A DNA stretch of 64,000 bases from Entomortierella parvispora E1425 (Eukaryota > Fungi > Mortierellomycota). The translations under genes were made by a program, and so were the position numbers. The DNA is taken from assembly GCA_020891255.1 (NCBI GenBank), contig BQFW01000002.1, positions 1,984,001 to 2,048,000 on the forward strand. The letters are read 5' to 3'. The notes below the pieces were generated by a model that saw only the letters and a list, made by a program, of their open reading frames with translations, did not search any database and was not told where the DNA came from. Positions 34,597-47,177 of the stretch are shown piece by piece. Position 1 is the stretch's first letter, and each line of letters starts with the position of its first letter.

Positions 34597-37146
34597 TCAA
34601 GGCCGACATGACTCCCCAAAGTCATCCACGCCTGGAAACGCCCTGTCTATCAACCAGACCTGATCTTTGTCAAAGTTATACTTTCGAAGAGGGAGGTCGT
34701 AGGGTAGTCGAAGAGGCACAATCCCAACATGCAACTGATCGCGCTTATCAAACTCGTTTCCATCGGTGCCTGCTGCTGGAGGCTCGGCGTAAAGCACACG
34801 ACTTGGCTCCGGGTATGGATCATTGACTGTCGCATTCATCATGAACACATGCAATCCTTCGACGTTTGATCCTGCTCCCGAATTTACATTGGTACTCTAG
34901 TGACAAAAATAAATGGCAGAGTATTAGATTCTACTCATGAGCAACGAGCTCAACTGCATGTCGGTAACATGGGGCAAAAGCTACAGCTGCTGTGCTTAGT
35001 CTACTATACGTACCTCAAAGAGACCAGGGAAGAGCAATACGCCCAATTCATAACTCTTGATGGCGAGAGCCCCATCCTTGAGCTCACCCCATGCAGGTTT
35101 TGACAGGTTCGAGCTTGTCAAAAGAAACCAAGAGAGGTAGTCACCATCGGCCCTCCTGTTCACTCTTGTGTATGACTAAATAGATCGAACCCCAACGCGA
35201 GAAAGAGAAAAGATGAACTTTTTAGAACAAGCAGACGGGAGAAATAAAGGGGTACCAAACCAACTCAAAATTTGGGACTCACTTTGATATGGGGCATGGC
35301 CCGGTCACGCCCACTCTTGGTAGCCACCCAGGAGTGTAAAATGGGGTTGAGATAGTGTGCTTGCTTATTGTAACTGGTCGACTTGAAAGGGATGCTTTCT
35401 CCCATTGACCAACCCTCATGACTAGTCAATCGAATGAAAGAGACACTACTTTTGAGTCATTGCTCTCATCTCCATCACACTGAGTTAAAAAAAGGTAGCT
35501 TGGTGCACGTTTTCAACCTTGTCCGAACATCCTCTGCCGTAGGGAACACAACGCAAAAGTCCCCCTTGTTCTGAGGCAAATAGTTGGCGTTGCGATGGGC
35601 ATTGAGACTCGTCTCGAATTCCCCGCGAAGCCAATCCTGGGAGCTCTTGCCCAGCGACCCTATGCTGGAAATCTGCTTTGTTTTTTGAATCGAAGACAAA
35701 ACATCAAAAACAAACATCTCATGACTTCTGTAGGCTTCTCCTGAACAGTGAACAGGTGCGGTCAGGGCACAAACACATACCTGACAGATGATTTGAGATC
35801 CAATCAAACATTCCCGCGGTATATCTGCTTGTAATCGCAATATGGACCGTAGCTTCAGATGGCCCCACTTGTTCCTTTCTGAACCAGAAAATTTTCCGGG
35901 AACCGATGCAATGATGACTCCCTTCACAGACCGGAAGTCGTACTGTGCAACACGACTGACAATCTCCTGGTGGTTATCGTAGAATCGCAGGTATTCAAGT
36001 AAGTCGCGTTCGAACGCACAGGTTGACAGACAGCCCGTGGACTCCACCTTCTTTTCGAGTCGACCAGTCGTAAACAGCGCCTGTGTTTTGTTCCTGTTTC
36101 ATCGTGCCAGAGTTGTTTGAGGGCCAAGGCGTTAGAATGGAGTTGCCTTGGTGTACATTATTCTTCGAAGCACAGTACTGATCGACCTGATGCATGCTGC
36201 GTGCATTGTTTATCGCTAGTGAACGTCACTCACCTCCAATCACGGGGTATCATATTTGCTGTGTGTACGATGAGTTGCATGGTATTGTTGGTGTAAAAGA
36301 GCATCATCGCTTTCGTATGGTGAGTACCTATTTGATCACATTCGACTAGTTAGCAACTTGTGGAACAAGACAGAAGAATCTCAGTCTGCCTGTATACCTA
36401 TTCCAGACACCTGGACTTTTCGCATGTCGACCCTAGGATATTGTCTGTAGATCCGTGCGTTCATACTCTACATAGGAAGTTGTCATGAGTAGGTTATCTT
36501 GACCTTGCCAATCAAGAACTTCCGCAACATGTCCACTCACAGAGAGTTGGTCGGCAGTTATGCGTAGACCATGGTAGACAATAGTCCTGAGCCCATCGCG
36601 AATGGACTTGTGAACATGCTTCATCACAAATTCGACATCAATCATAAAATTAATCTGGACCATGAGCTCTAAGTCAGGCTAGAAAGAAAGAGCCAGATGC
36701 AACGATGATCAGAGAGTTTCCTTTCGTCCACTGCTCCTTTTGACAGGAACACCTACATCTCCAATCAATGATTCCAAAGAGAAGCATCCGACGTTATGAG
36801 ATGGAGGAGCTCTTTCAACGGTCGTGAGATGAATCGACGACTCCAAATACTGCAGGGACGGTGCTTGTCTTGACCTATCGATTGCAAATCATTGTCAGTT
36901 GTTGTCCAATTTCGAGCAGATCGGTGGTTTGTCAGCCCCTTACTTTTTGATACTGGACTCTAATGATGATGAAGCTGTTCGTTTAGTACCGAGAGCAGCA
37001 GGTTCGGACTCTTGAGGAAGCGGGGATGCCGGTCGTGGCACAGCCGAAGATAACTTTGAAGAAGAACTGGCCCTTGGTGCATCCTCGTCGCTACTCTATT
37101 ATCGGCAGCATCGCATATGATCCAATTAAAAACGCGCTGTTGCCAC

Positions 37147-37178
<32 letters not shown>

Positions 37179-37337
37179 GGGTCATTCTCAGTTGACCATA
37201 CCTCAATGGTAATTCTAGGGTTGATTTCCAAAAGAAGACATGCCCATTAGCTACTCCAGAAAACTTCTAGCAGAGCTCCGTGAGGCGACTGTTGATTTCT
37301 CTTACATTTCCTTTGCATGTGTCTCCTTTTCCGCCAT
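34597..37337 (-). CDS. TDP1: Tyrosyl-DNA phosphodiesterase 1, many exons; 5' exons approximate
   Basis: First catalytic motif [40 protein letters not shown], second motif RAMPHIK, AWG..SYELGVL and C-terminal [10 protein letters not shown]. Confidence 0.93.
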
Positions 37338-37432
37338 GAGGCTGAGTTGGGTTGAATGTGAAGAAGTGCGAAAGAAAAAAAAGGGCGGCAGAACGCTTTA
37401 AATACAAAGGACAGTCACTAAGCGTCCGAACT

Positions 37433-39333
37433 CTACATCATCATTTTATTGTAGTCGCGCTGGTCCTGCTGCATCTTCTCCACTACTCTGCGCTTCTTCT
37501 CGTAAAACTGCACGAGATCTAGATCCTGCTCTGGATCAACAACATCAGACGCTTCAGTTAGACGAGCCATAGCCTGCCACAGCATACCTCCCATGCCCGC
37601 GTCTGGTCCTTTAGCCTTGGATTCATAAGCGACTGCACCACAGATAGCTGCGCCTACGACAACAGCTGCGTCGCCCCCGCTTCCAGGCATTACCACGGGC
37701 AGTTGCATCACGTCTGCAAGAACTCTGACAAACACCTTATTGAGTGACAATCCTCCAGATATACAAATCGTCTCAATAGTGTAGCCCGAGTTGCAGAGTG
37801 CATCAACGATCTGACGAGTCCCTATTGCCAATGCCTGGATTGCCGCCAAATAGAGTACTGCCAGACCATCCACATTGTCGTTGTTGAGATCCAGTCCAGA
37901 AATTGAGCCTCTAATCGTTTCATCTGCGAAGGGCGATCTGTTACCGTGGTGGTCGGGTGTCATGTGAAAGCGCTTTGTAAGATAGGCGATGTTGGGTAAT
38001 TTTTGCCTGGTACGAATGGTTTCCAGGTGTTCATTGAGAAACTCGTAGATGGAGGTCTTAGGTATCAAACTCTGAGCTCTCTTCAGAGCCTCAGAGTAGG
38101 CTGGATGAGACTTTGTGAGATAGTCGATGAGTTGACCAGTCGACGATTGCCCTCCTTCTGCGACCCACATGTCAGGAAGCATCACGCCGTGAAAAGGTCC
38201 CCAAACCCCTAATAGGAATAAACAATGCGCGTCAAAGAACATGGTCCAATTTCTGTTTGTGACGCATGGCGCGTTCATTGTTCACACCCTGTCATGGTCA
38301 AGAATCAACCACGACTACAAGACATACCGTTGACAAAGATCGGTTTGTTGCTCATGGCAAGATGGCAGGATGATGTACCGCAAATCATAGATATTCTCTT
38401 ACTAGCCTCATCCACTGTTGGTTGCACCCCGTTCAACTTTGCGCCTAGGGTGCCAATAGCCCCTGCGTAAGCATCAATGACTGCACCGCCTACGGCGATC
38501 CCCGGTACAAGACCAAGCTCCTCTGCGGCCTTCTCTGTAAGTCCTCCGATGTGTTCTCCTGCAAAGTGAACACGTTGTTCCGAGTTGCCAATGCCACAAA
38601 GCTTTTGACAATCCTCATCTGCAATTTCACCGAGCCCAATCTGACGCAAAAAATCAGCGGGCCAGCCCTGCTTCCGATCCTTGGAGCCATCGCGTCCATC
38701 GGCCAAAGATTCCGGCCCCGCCTTGTAGCACCACTTGCACACGACTGAGCATCGACTGGGATAGTAATCGCCAGTGGCCTTCCAGGTCAGGAAATCGGGC
38801 AGATCAAAGAGTCGACCGATTTTCTGCCACTTTTCCTTTGGCATATTCTCCTGAAGCCAAAGCGTTTTAGGCAGCTCCATCTCGAGACTCATTGTCCCGC
38901 CAATATTTCTGAGGATCTCGTGGCGCGTCTCTGTGATGCGAATGGCCTGGTCCTTGGCGCGGTGGTCGCACCACATGATAATATTGCGGTTATGATCTTC
39001 AAAATCTGAGCTTGGCGAGATGGAGACTGGGCGCGCAAACTCGGGCGTGCCGCTTGTGTATGCGACCAAGGAGCAAGTGGCATCAAACCCGATACCTTTG
39101 ACCGAGCCTGGGTCGACACGTGCAGTGGCAAGGGTCGCCTTAACGGAGGTGCAGATGGCTGACCAAATCTCATCGCTAGACTGCTCGAAGTAATCAGGAG
39201 CGGGACGCGATGTCGAGTGTGGGGTGGAGTGGATGGCGAGCAGTTTTCCGGTGGCGGTAATGAGGGCAGCTCTGCTTGATCCCGAGCCGACATCGACACC
39301 GAGGAAGATGTCCGCAGCAGAGAGAGAGTCCAT
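37433..39333 (-). CDS. FGGY-family carbohydrate kinase (ribulokinase-like); one intron ~38322-38210
   Basis: LGVDVGSGSSRA, GIGFDATCSLV, IIMWCDHRA, DLPDFLTWKATG, ICGTSSCH, GVWGPF, EGGQSSTG, PDHHGNRSP and ISGGLSLN. Confidence 0.95.
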
Positions 39334-39657
39334 GCTGAGGATGACCGAGGAGAAGGGGCAGGAAGATAAAAGGGGGAATAAGGGAAGACACGCGTGGGAG
39401 AGAACAGAGAGACAGAGCGAGAAACTGACGTCCCCGTGCCAGAAAAATGGCAACCGTGTTTCTTTCTCTTCTCCTTTCGTTGCCCCTTGCATTCATTCTC
39501 TCTTCTCTCGCCCTCCAACTGCTTTGCGCTTCCCCTCCAACAACCCCTGGCAGGGCCGTTTGCTCTCTCCACCTCGGACAGGAAAAGCATTTCAGCCTCA
39601 TTGGCGCACAACAACAGAACACTTTGTCACATCCACACCGAGCTCCAATTTTGCAGA

Positions 39658-42600
39658 ATGGCGGACAATCCCACACAGGATTCCATCACCATGGCCCAGT
39701 TGAGGCAGTACGTAAACGGAATGCCCTCCAAGCAAAAGGTTTGCACGACGCTGCAAGGTTGCTGTATGGTGCCACTGTGGGAAATCAAGCTATACCGTCT
39801 CTGACCCTCACTGCCCATACTCTGCTCTGCTATGTCAATACATGTAGCAAGAACCTGTCCATTTTCAATATGCAGATATGGACACGGTCCCAGCCGAGAT
39901 TGATGAATTTTACAGCTACACAGAGATGCAGCAGCTTGTTGAGAATCGACAAATTGTTCTCAAAAGTTACGATGGAGGTAATGCGCGAATCATGGATCAA
40001 AGCAAGCTTAAAAAGATCCACGTCGTTCTCTAACATCTCTGATACGGCGCCTAGACTGGCAGAACAGTACAGTATCTGAACGCAAAGCCTATGCCGAGTA
40101 TCTTTTGGATTTTTTGGATCAGAAGAGCGAAGCCAGCCGTCTTTCTGGAGCTCGACAGCTCATATATATTGCTCAAGGTATGCTCGATTTGGCATCTTAC
40201 AAAAGTTGATGTTCAGCGTATCCTGATCGGCGAATTCCACTTTGTGTCCTTTAGGAGCTTTTGCGACTGTAGCAAACGAAGACGAACATCTGGACTGGAT
40301 TGTGAAAAACAACAAGATGCTTCGAAAACTTGGGGCGTTTCAAACATATTATGACGCTCTGAGGATCGCATGCTCAAAGTAATTGAACAGAAAAAAACCG
40401 ATAAGCGTAAGCATGCATGATGCCTATATCGCCAGAGCTGTAACGATTGACAACTCTCTCTCTTTGTGCTGTAGACTGCCGACAGATCCAGGAGCTGCCA
40501 CAGAGATTGAGGCCCTCGTCACACTTCTCTATATGCTCGTTATTTCACATGAGGATGATCAGGATTTCATGGATGAGCTAGGTAAGTGGCAACCCGTCTT
40601 TGGATGATCTGCGGCCCAAATTTAGTGAAAACGCTGACTGTTACTTTTAAACAATGGTATTTAGCTGCCACAAACCCCTCCTTAACCGTATTTCTGTACG
40701 ATCAGATCTGTGTCCGCCCAGCAAAGGATCAGTTTTGTCTTTTAAAGAAGGTACTACTAGATATTCGTAGAGCCTCGTCTACATCATCTTGATTTTTTGC
40801 TTTTCTCACATTAACCTGTGCTTCTCATGAAAAACATAGATGCTATTATTGCTATGGAAAGTTATGAGAACAACTTTAGGGGGAACGGATGACTTTCCAG
40901 TTCTTAAAAGTATAGCAAGACGAATGCTTGGGGACCCTTCAAAAACTATTGCCGCCATCAGTCAAAAATCCGACCCTTTGGACTATCATGTTTACCAGTC
41001 CGAGATGAGCCAAAAATATCCAGCTTATATACCCACGAACTCTTCCACCAGCCCTGGATTTCCTTCCGTTGCCATCTCGACCATGGCTACTGTCTTGCAG
41101 GCCAAACCCTCGACGACCTCTGGGATCGCAGGAAGTAATGGCGGTCAAGGAGGAACGTCAGGAAATGGAATGAAGTTTGGAAATGGATTGAATGGACGGG
41201 GTGGCAAGGGATCGAATGCAGGACCCGGCAATCTGAATTCTGGATTGCAGCCTTTCATCTTTCCATCATCTTCTATGGAAAGCTCAACTCCAAAGTCAAT
41301 CATCGAGGCGGAGGAACTATTCAAAAAGAACATGTATATATCAACCGCAACACTACAGATCTTTCATGAGAAGAAGATGATGACCGACATGAGATATCGC
41401 TCCAATGACGATGCTGAGGATCAAAACTCCGGAAGGGCTTTAGAACATCGGCAGCCAAAGTCAATGAAATCCAACCGAACTCGTCCACGGAGAAGGGGCT
41501 TGCGACGACGTGTCAGTGGTGGCGGAAATGGCAATCAAGGCGACGATGAAGCGGACAGTGGAGGGGACGATGATGATAGTGAAGGCTCCGGAGCAGAGCA
41601 GACTGATCCCAAAGGAAGCTTGGGCCCATCAAGCGAGACTAGCCCTGTTACAGAGAAAGAACGGGAGCGGATCGAACGCATTGAGCATATCTATGTAAGT
41701 ACTCCTGGCAAATGGAGGGGGAAAAAAGTCCTCTTCTAACATCCCCTGTATGTTTTTTTCTAGCGTGGAATCGTTCCAAGAATGGCGCAAATCCAGGTCA
41801 CTCTCTTAAAAACTCTCCTCGTCTGCATCAAAATCAGCGGTGCTACGACAGCAAAGGAAAACGCCGCTGCAGCTAAAGATACTGCTTCTTCAGAGACAAC
41901 GGCCGCATCCGAAGTTAAAGAGGTCGTCGACCCTTTCACTCGCCTCAATGACATTCGAGAGCACGAGATCATGGCCAAGGCCGTGGCCAGCATTCTCCTA
42001 CTACAGCTGCAACATTTCAAGATTTACCACGTGTTGGCATTTGACTATGTTTGCCAGCTTCTCCTGGACTCGAACTGTCTGCTACTTCTTTTGAAGATTT
42101 TTGGAAATAACGAGAATCCAGGCAACATCCACACCAAGAACGAACTGGAAGAGTACAACTTTTTCCAATTTTGCCGAATCTTCCGAGAGACTGAGTCCAG
42201 CCCTGACCCCGAGCACGCCCGGTCCTTGATCCTTCAAAATGCAGTCGGGGATATCGGGGATCCATTGCCAGCAGAGTACATCTGTCGTCGAAACATGTTT
42301 GCCATCATCAACCTCTTACGGGTGCTGCAAAAGATGACGAAGCACAAGACGCATCGAGTCCTGCTTCTAGTGCAATACAAATCATCTGCGATCCTCAAGC
42401 GACTTTTGAAAATCAATCACCCAGATCTCCAAAAGTACGTCTACAAGGCCCTCAAGAGTCAGGTTCCGTTCTTGGGACGAAAATGGAGGTCTACCCACAT
42501 GAAAGTAATTACCGGCATCTATATCTATTGTCGGTCAAATCTGAGGGACGACTGGATCTCGGGTGCCGATGTCGAGAAAGATTTAGAGGATGCTCTGCCG

Positions 42601-43659
42601 ACAGAACAGCAATTGAGAAATATGATTCGGCACTACCATGACCGAGTACACCCGAACGCGTTAGTCCCTGATCCAGTCTCGTCCCAGCAAGCCAAATCAG
42701 CTAATGGAAGAAATGGCCAGCATGCCGGCGGCCACAGCTCGACCAGCGGTAGCACGAATCAGTATTCTGGACCCAAATACGATTGGCAGGAAATGTATGA
42801 AGCCCATGCGTCAATTGCAGAAGTTGGGGGAATGGACCAGTCTCGTGGTTATCATCGTCACGGAACTCACGGGAGTGGCCACAGTAGCGCAGCACAGTCT
42901 GATAGTGAGGAGAGTGTCAGGAGCACCACCAGCAGTCAGCACAGTCATTACAGCAGCAGCAGCAACCGCCGTGATCTGACAATGAGTGACATCGAGCTTG
43001 ATGCCGGCTTTGAAGAAAATTATGAGCAGTGGCTTGAGACCGAAGTTTTTGGCAAAACGATGGCGGAGGATGGTGATGTCGGGGTAGGGTCAACCAGGAC
43101 TTTGCCGCCTTTCAGATACAATGACTTTTATTTTGACGACCACACCGAGGAGTCGTTCCAAAACACGCTAGGCGATGGAGCAGGGTGGGATACTCCTGCC
43201 TTCATGCCCTCGGATGAAGAAGGTGGAGGTGCGTTTAACTTTAGAAGATTGCAGGACGAGGAGCTCTTCAAACAGATTAATTGGACGCCCAATTTGCATA
43301 GCAATGATGCATCTGTTGAGCAAAGCTATTGGCTCGAGGGTGTCTCGGGCGATCGCACTAGGAATCGAGTGTTGCACTTGGATGGAAATGGTCATCCCTA
43401 TCAAGACGGTGGCGGCGATATACAGGAGGAGCTGGAGGACGATGATGATGCCGATGAGGAGGATGGTCGTCCAGTGGCCGTCGATGCCGACTCGGGGATC
43501 GATCTGCTTCACCAACCACGCGTCCGTCAATCAAGACCGTTCAGAGTGCGCAAATCTGATATGGGCACAGAATGGGTGGACGAGAACTCAAAGGAAGATG
43601 TTCTTCGTGCGTATGGACCATCTCCGCTGGAGTCTGTTGGAGGCATGGTTGAGCTGTAG
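39658..43659 (+). CDS. FAR11: STRIPAK subunit Far11/STRIP1 (N1221 and DUF3402 regions), multi-exon
   Basis: DSITMAQLRQYV, AEIDEFYSY, KKVLLLLWK, REHEIMAKAVASILLLQLQHFKIYHVL, LVQYKSSAILKR, ALKSQVPFLGRKWR and FEENYEQWLETEVF. Confidence 0.92.
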
Positions 43660-43897
43660 CAATTTATGATTTCACTCGTATGCTCATAAAGAAAAAAAAA
43701 AAAATCTTGTCGAAGAGTCCCTCGCAGGTGCGGGGTTTATTGTCTGTTAATTACACATACGCAGGTGCGAAAAAAAAAAAAAAATTCTTGACGCATGGTG
43801 CCCTTTTTTTTTTTTTTTATTGCAACTTTGATCTTTCTACCCGAGCCACACGAGGGTCTTGTTTGTCATACATCCCCTTCACACTGCAACCAGAGTA

Positions 43898-44293
43898 CAG
43901 TGCACGTCAGCTAGTCACAACAAAAAATCTTTGACCTGAGGGTAAATCTCTACTAGTCCGCCAGTTTTATCCGGAATCCAAAAAACTCTGTGGTTTTGAA
44001 CGTTTCACAGCTCATCCTTTCAGAAAGCACAGAGTTTTTTCCTCTGGGATACCTGTGGCCAAAGTTATTAATGTTGGTCAATCGAGAATTTGGCTATTCG
44101 AGGTATAGAATACCGAATATATTTATTCGAGTATATTTTAAAAATTATTAGCGATATGTCTTACGCATCCCCAGTGCGACCTAGAGCTGAGATGAGGCAA
44201 CGCAGTCACATTTATTCCAGAAAACTTACAATTTTTTTGAGATCAAAATTTGGCGTGCCCTCAAAAATTGTTGTGACTAGCTGACGTGCACTG
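43898..44293. mobile_element. Tc1/mariner-type MITE, 396 bp
   Basis: Perfect 26-bp terminal inverted repeats CAGTGCACGTCAGCTAGTCACAACAA, flanked by TA on both sides (43896-97 and 44294-95); AT-rich non-coding interior. Confidence 0.9.
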
Positions 44294-44856
44294 TAGTACA
44301 TATGGCGTGGTCAGCTGAATCGAGTCTCCCGTCCGCCCGTACTACACACGTCCCTATGCGACCAGTTGGCAGACTCGTCGCCTGCTAATAAGATCGAGAC
44401 CTCCTCGCAATAACCGCCTTCCACCGCCTGGAACACCTTGCCTGCTTGCTGGACGGCCTCGGAGGGGGCCTCGGTGTATCCTCAGAAAATTTCTTGTTTA
44501 TTGTCCGACTGTTGGTGTCCGACCGCTTTCACATAGAACATGATCCTGCATATGGCCGACAGCTGTTTTTAGTGGGCTGGACCACCTCGTATACTTAGCA
44601 CTTTAACTCAGTGCCTCCTGGTAACTAATCCACATGGGATAAATATCAGCAAGTGCTGTAGGTAGTGATACAAACTATTGTACCGCCTCTAACTCGAGAG
44701 GCTAGCGCAAACGAGGGCGCACCAAGCTGAGATCGAACCCTCGACCTCACGGCACTGTCTCTGGAAGCTTTATTTACTAGGCGCTTTAGACGCAGTAGCA
44801 AAAGGGCTCGCCCGCCTTGACGCATGGTGCCCACTTCTGACTTAAGGGTCAAATTC

Positions 44857-44866
44857 ATCACGTGAT
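44857..44866. promoter_or_regulatory. Palindromic E-box ATCACGTGAT about 60-67 nt upstream of tRNAi-Met
   Basis: Exact 10-bp palindrome at a conserved offset from the tRNA start. Confidence 0.5.
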
Positions 44867-44924
44867 CCCGGAGATACGGTTGAATCATAATCGACAACTG
44901 AAAATTACTAATATCTCGAAATCA

Positions 44925-44996
44925 AGCAAAGTCGCCCAGAGGAAGAGCGCTGGGCTCATAACCCAGAGGTCGGTGGATCGAAACCACCCTTTGCTA
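44925..44996 (+). tRNA. Initiator tRNA-Met(CAT)
   Basis: A1:U72 pair, anticodon arm CTGGG-CTCATAA-CCCAG with three G-C pairs, initiator-type T-loop GATCGAAAC, followed by TTTT. Confidence 0.93.
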
Positions 44997-45427
44997 CATA
45001 TTTTGCTTTTGTTTTATTTTGCTCATCGAAAACGAAGAATTGACATCTTCCAACAGACGTTTTTTTTTTTTTTCTCTTGGCCACCGACACTTCCATACCC
45101 GCCTGCCGACCAGCAACAGAAGCATGCCCGCGATCTTATACCTCTGCCTGACCTACACCCTACCACCAGTCGGTGGGTAAGTGTAGGAAAAAAACCCCCG
45201 ACATTTTAGAGAGAACCAGGTGGCCAATGGTTGGCGATTAGAGTGTACTAGGATCGTTGGTAAAAGACCCGGGAAGGAAGATCACCGCCTGGTAAGTGGG
45301 AAGACTCTTCAACATTCAATCTATTCGTTAACCCAGGTCAACATGTCTCTTTTGTTCTTGATTCTGGACCGGTCGATATAGGATGGCAAGGCATGGGGTG
45401 TATCCAGAGAGGAGGGCAGGGAATGCG

Positions 45428-45770
45428 TTCACGTGGCTGGTTAAGGAATGGCTAAGTAATGGCTAAGCAAAATGCAAAAACGAAGAACGCGATGCTTCGG
45501 AATCTCCACATTCACGTGGCTGGCTAACGAATGGCTACAGTAAGTAACGGCTAAGCAAAATGCAAAAACGAAGAACGCGATGCTTCGGAATCTTCATATT
45601 CACGTGGCTGGCTAACGAATGGCTAACGAATGGCTAAGTAATGGAAGGATCGGCTAAGCAAAATGCAAAAACGAAGAACGTGATGCTTCGGTATCTCCAC
45701 ATTCACGTGGCTGGCTAACGAATGGCTAAGTAACGGCTAAGCAAAATGCAAAAACAAAGAACGCGATGCA
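45428..45770. repeat. Minisatellite: about 4 units of 83-103 bp with nested GGCTAA(CGAAT) subrepeats
   Basis: Units start at 45428, 45511, 45599 and 45702 with TTCACGTGGCTGG and contain GGCTAAGCAAAATGCAAAAAC(G/A)AAGAACG(C/T)GATGC. Confidence 0.95.
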
Positions 45771-46143
45771 TCTGTAACTCAGTTGCCACGTGTACTGTAC
45801 ATGCCGCCGGCAAATAACACCTTCCCTCCTCCTTAGTATCAAATACTCTCAACCCTCAACCTTTCGGTTCACCCGACTAGGTACTTGTCACCGCCTAACT
45901 TCTGGTCCCACCCCCACCTCTCACCCCTTCTGTTTCCCTCTACTCCAAGTATGTTCTCACTTTGGAGACACCTGCCCGTTCTCTCGTTGTTTCCCTTTCT
46001 GACATCGTTCCTGCTATGCATACCTTAAGACTGCCAAGATGCCCCTCCATCCACACTCTCACGTCGCTCTTCCCCATCGCTCTTCCCCATCGCTTTTTTC
46101 TTACTCTCCCCTGTCCAGTTGAGTTCATGTCGTTCAAATCAAC

Positions 46144-46451
46144 AGCGAATATCGGGAGAAAAAAAAAAAAAAAAAGAATCTACCGTTGACCATGCTGGTT
46201 TTCCTCCCCACCGATTATCTCCCTCTTCTGCCGCTCCCCTCTTTCTTCAGTTCCAGATCTACTTGCACCACAAAGCGGGGCGTATAAAACCTACACGGAA
46301 TAGGACTGTATCTTCCTCCGACAGTCTTTGGCTACGGTCAACTATGTGTCGCCCCTTGTGATCCTTCCTGATCGAGAATGGGCACATCAATATTGTCCAC
46401 GGGAGACTTTTGACCGAGTACTGTAGAACAAAAAAAAAAAAAACAATTATC
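46144..46451. repeat. Dispersed ~300-bp repeat, copy B
   Basis: Aligns with 18272-18564. Confidence 0.9.
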
Positions 46452-46528
46452 CTTCCTGTTCGCCAACCTTGTCCCTCATCCGTCGACCACCCCGTTTCTT
46501 GACCACCGACACTTCCGTAACCGCCTAG

Positions 46529-46869
46529 TTGTGAAATTTTAGGAGGGTTCAAACTTACCAAAAGATGCATTCTCAGAAGTGAAAAGTAGATACTGTGGAT
46601 CCTATACCAATGTGTCTAGCCATATCTACCTTGTACCTTAGCCAACTGAGTCACTGAAACTTCTGCCGTTGGTGACCGGCTGCTCGAAAGGACAGCGGTT
46701 GGTGAGAAAGACACCGATCTAGTTTTTTTTGTTGACATGAACAAAGGGAGACATTGCTTATTGCTAGACACATTGGTATAAGATCCATAGTATCTACTTT
46801 TCACAAGTTCAGGAGAGAGTAATTACTTCGCAACTTTTGGTAAGTTTGAACCCCCCCAAAATTTCACAA
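46529..46869. mobile_element. Fold-back/MITE-like element with long imperfect inverted arms (46529-46620 and 46763-46869)
   Basis: Two aligned blocks of 36 nt and 42 nt, each with 2 mismatches; no target-site duplication identified. Confidence 0.65.
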
Positions 46870-47047
46870 GTCGGTGGTTTAGAGAGGCGTCGGTGATAAT
46901 GGTCGGCGGACACGAGATGTCAAGATCGACGGATAGGACGCCCAAAAGGAAAGTCCCCCATGGTCGGCGGAAAACTAACCAACGACTGAGTTCTTCTGGG
47001 CACATCAATATTGTCTACGGGTTGAACGACAAAACAAAAAGTCAAAA

Positions 47048-47121
47048 TGTTTGTACTCGGACTTGAACCGAGGACCGTCTGTGTGTTAGACAGACGTGAT
47101 AACCAACTACACCATACAAAC
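47048..47121 (-). tRNA. tRNA-Val(AAC)
   Basis: GTTTGTA/TACAAAC acceptor stem, A-box TGGTGTAGTTGG, anticodon arm TCTGT-CTAACAC-ACAGA, T-loop GGTTCAAGTCC, followed by TTTT. Confidence 0.97.
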
Positions 47122-47177
47122 TTGTAATTCGATGCAGATGAGATTCGCATGTCATATTTGTTTTAGAAGTTCAGAAT

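Noticed and set aside
44718-44760. B-box-like GGTTCGATC on the minus strand
   Set aside because: The T-stem does not pair and no cloverleaf forms; at most an orphan TFIIIC site.
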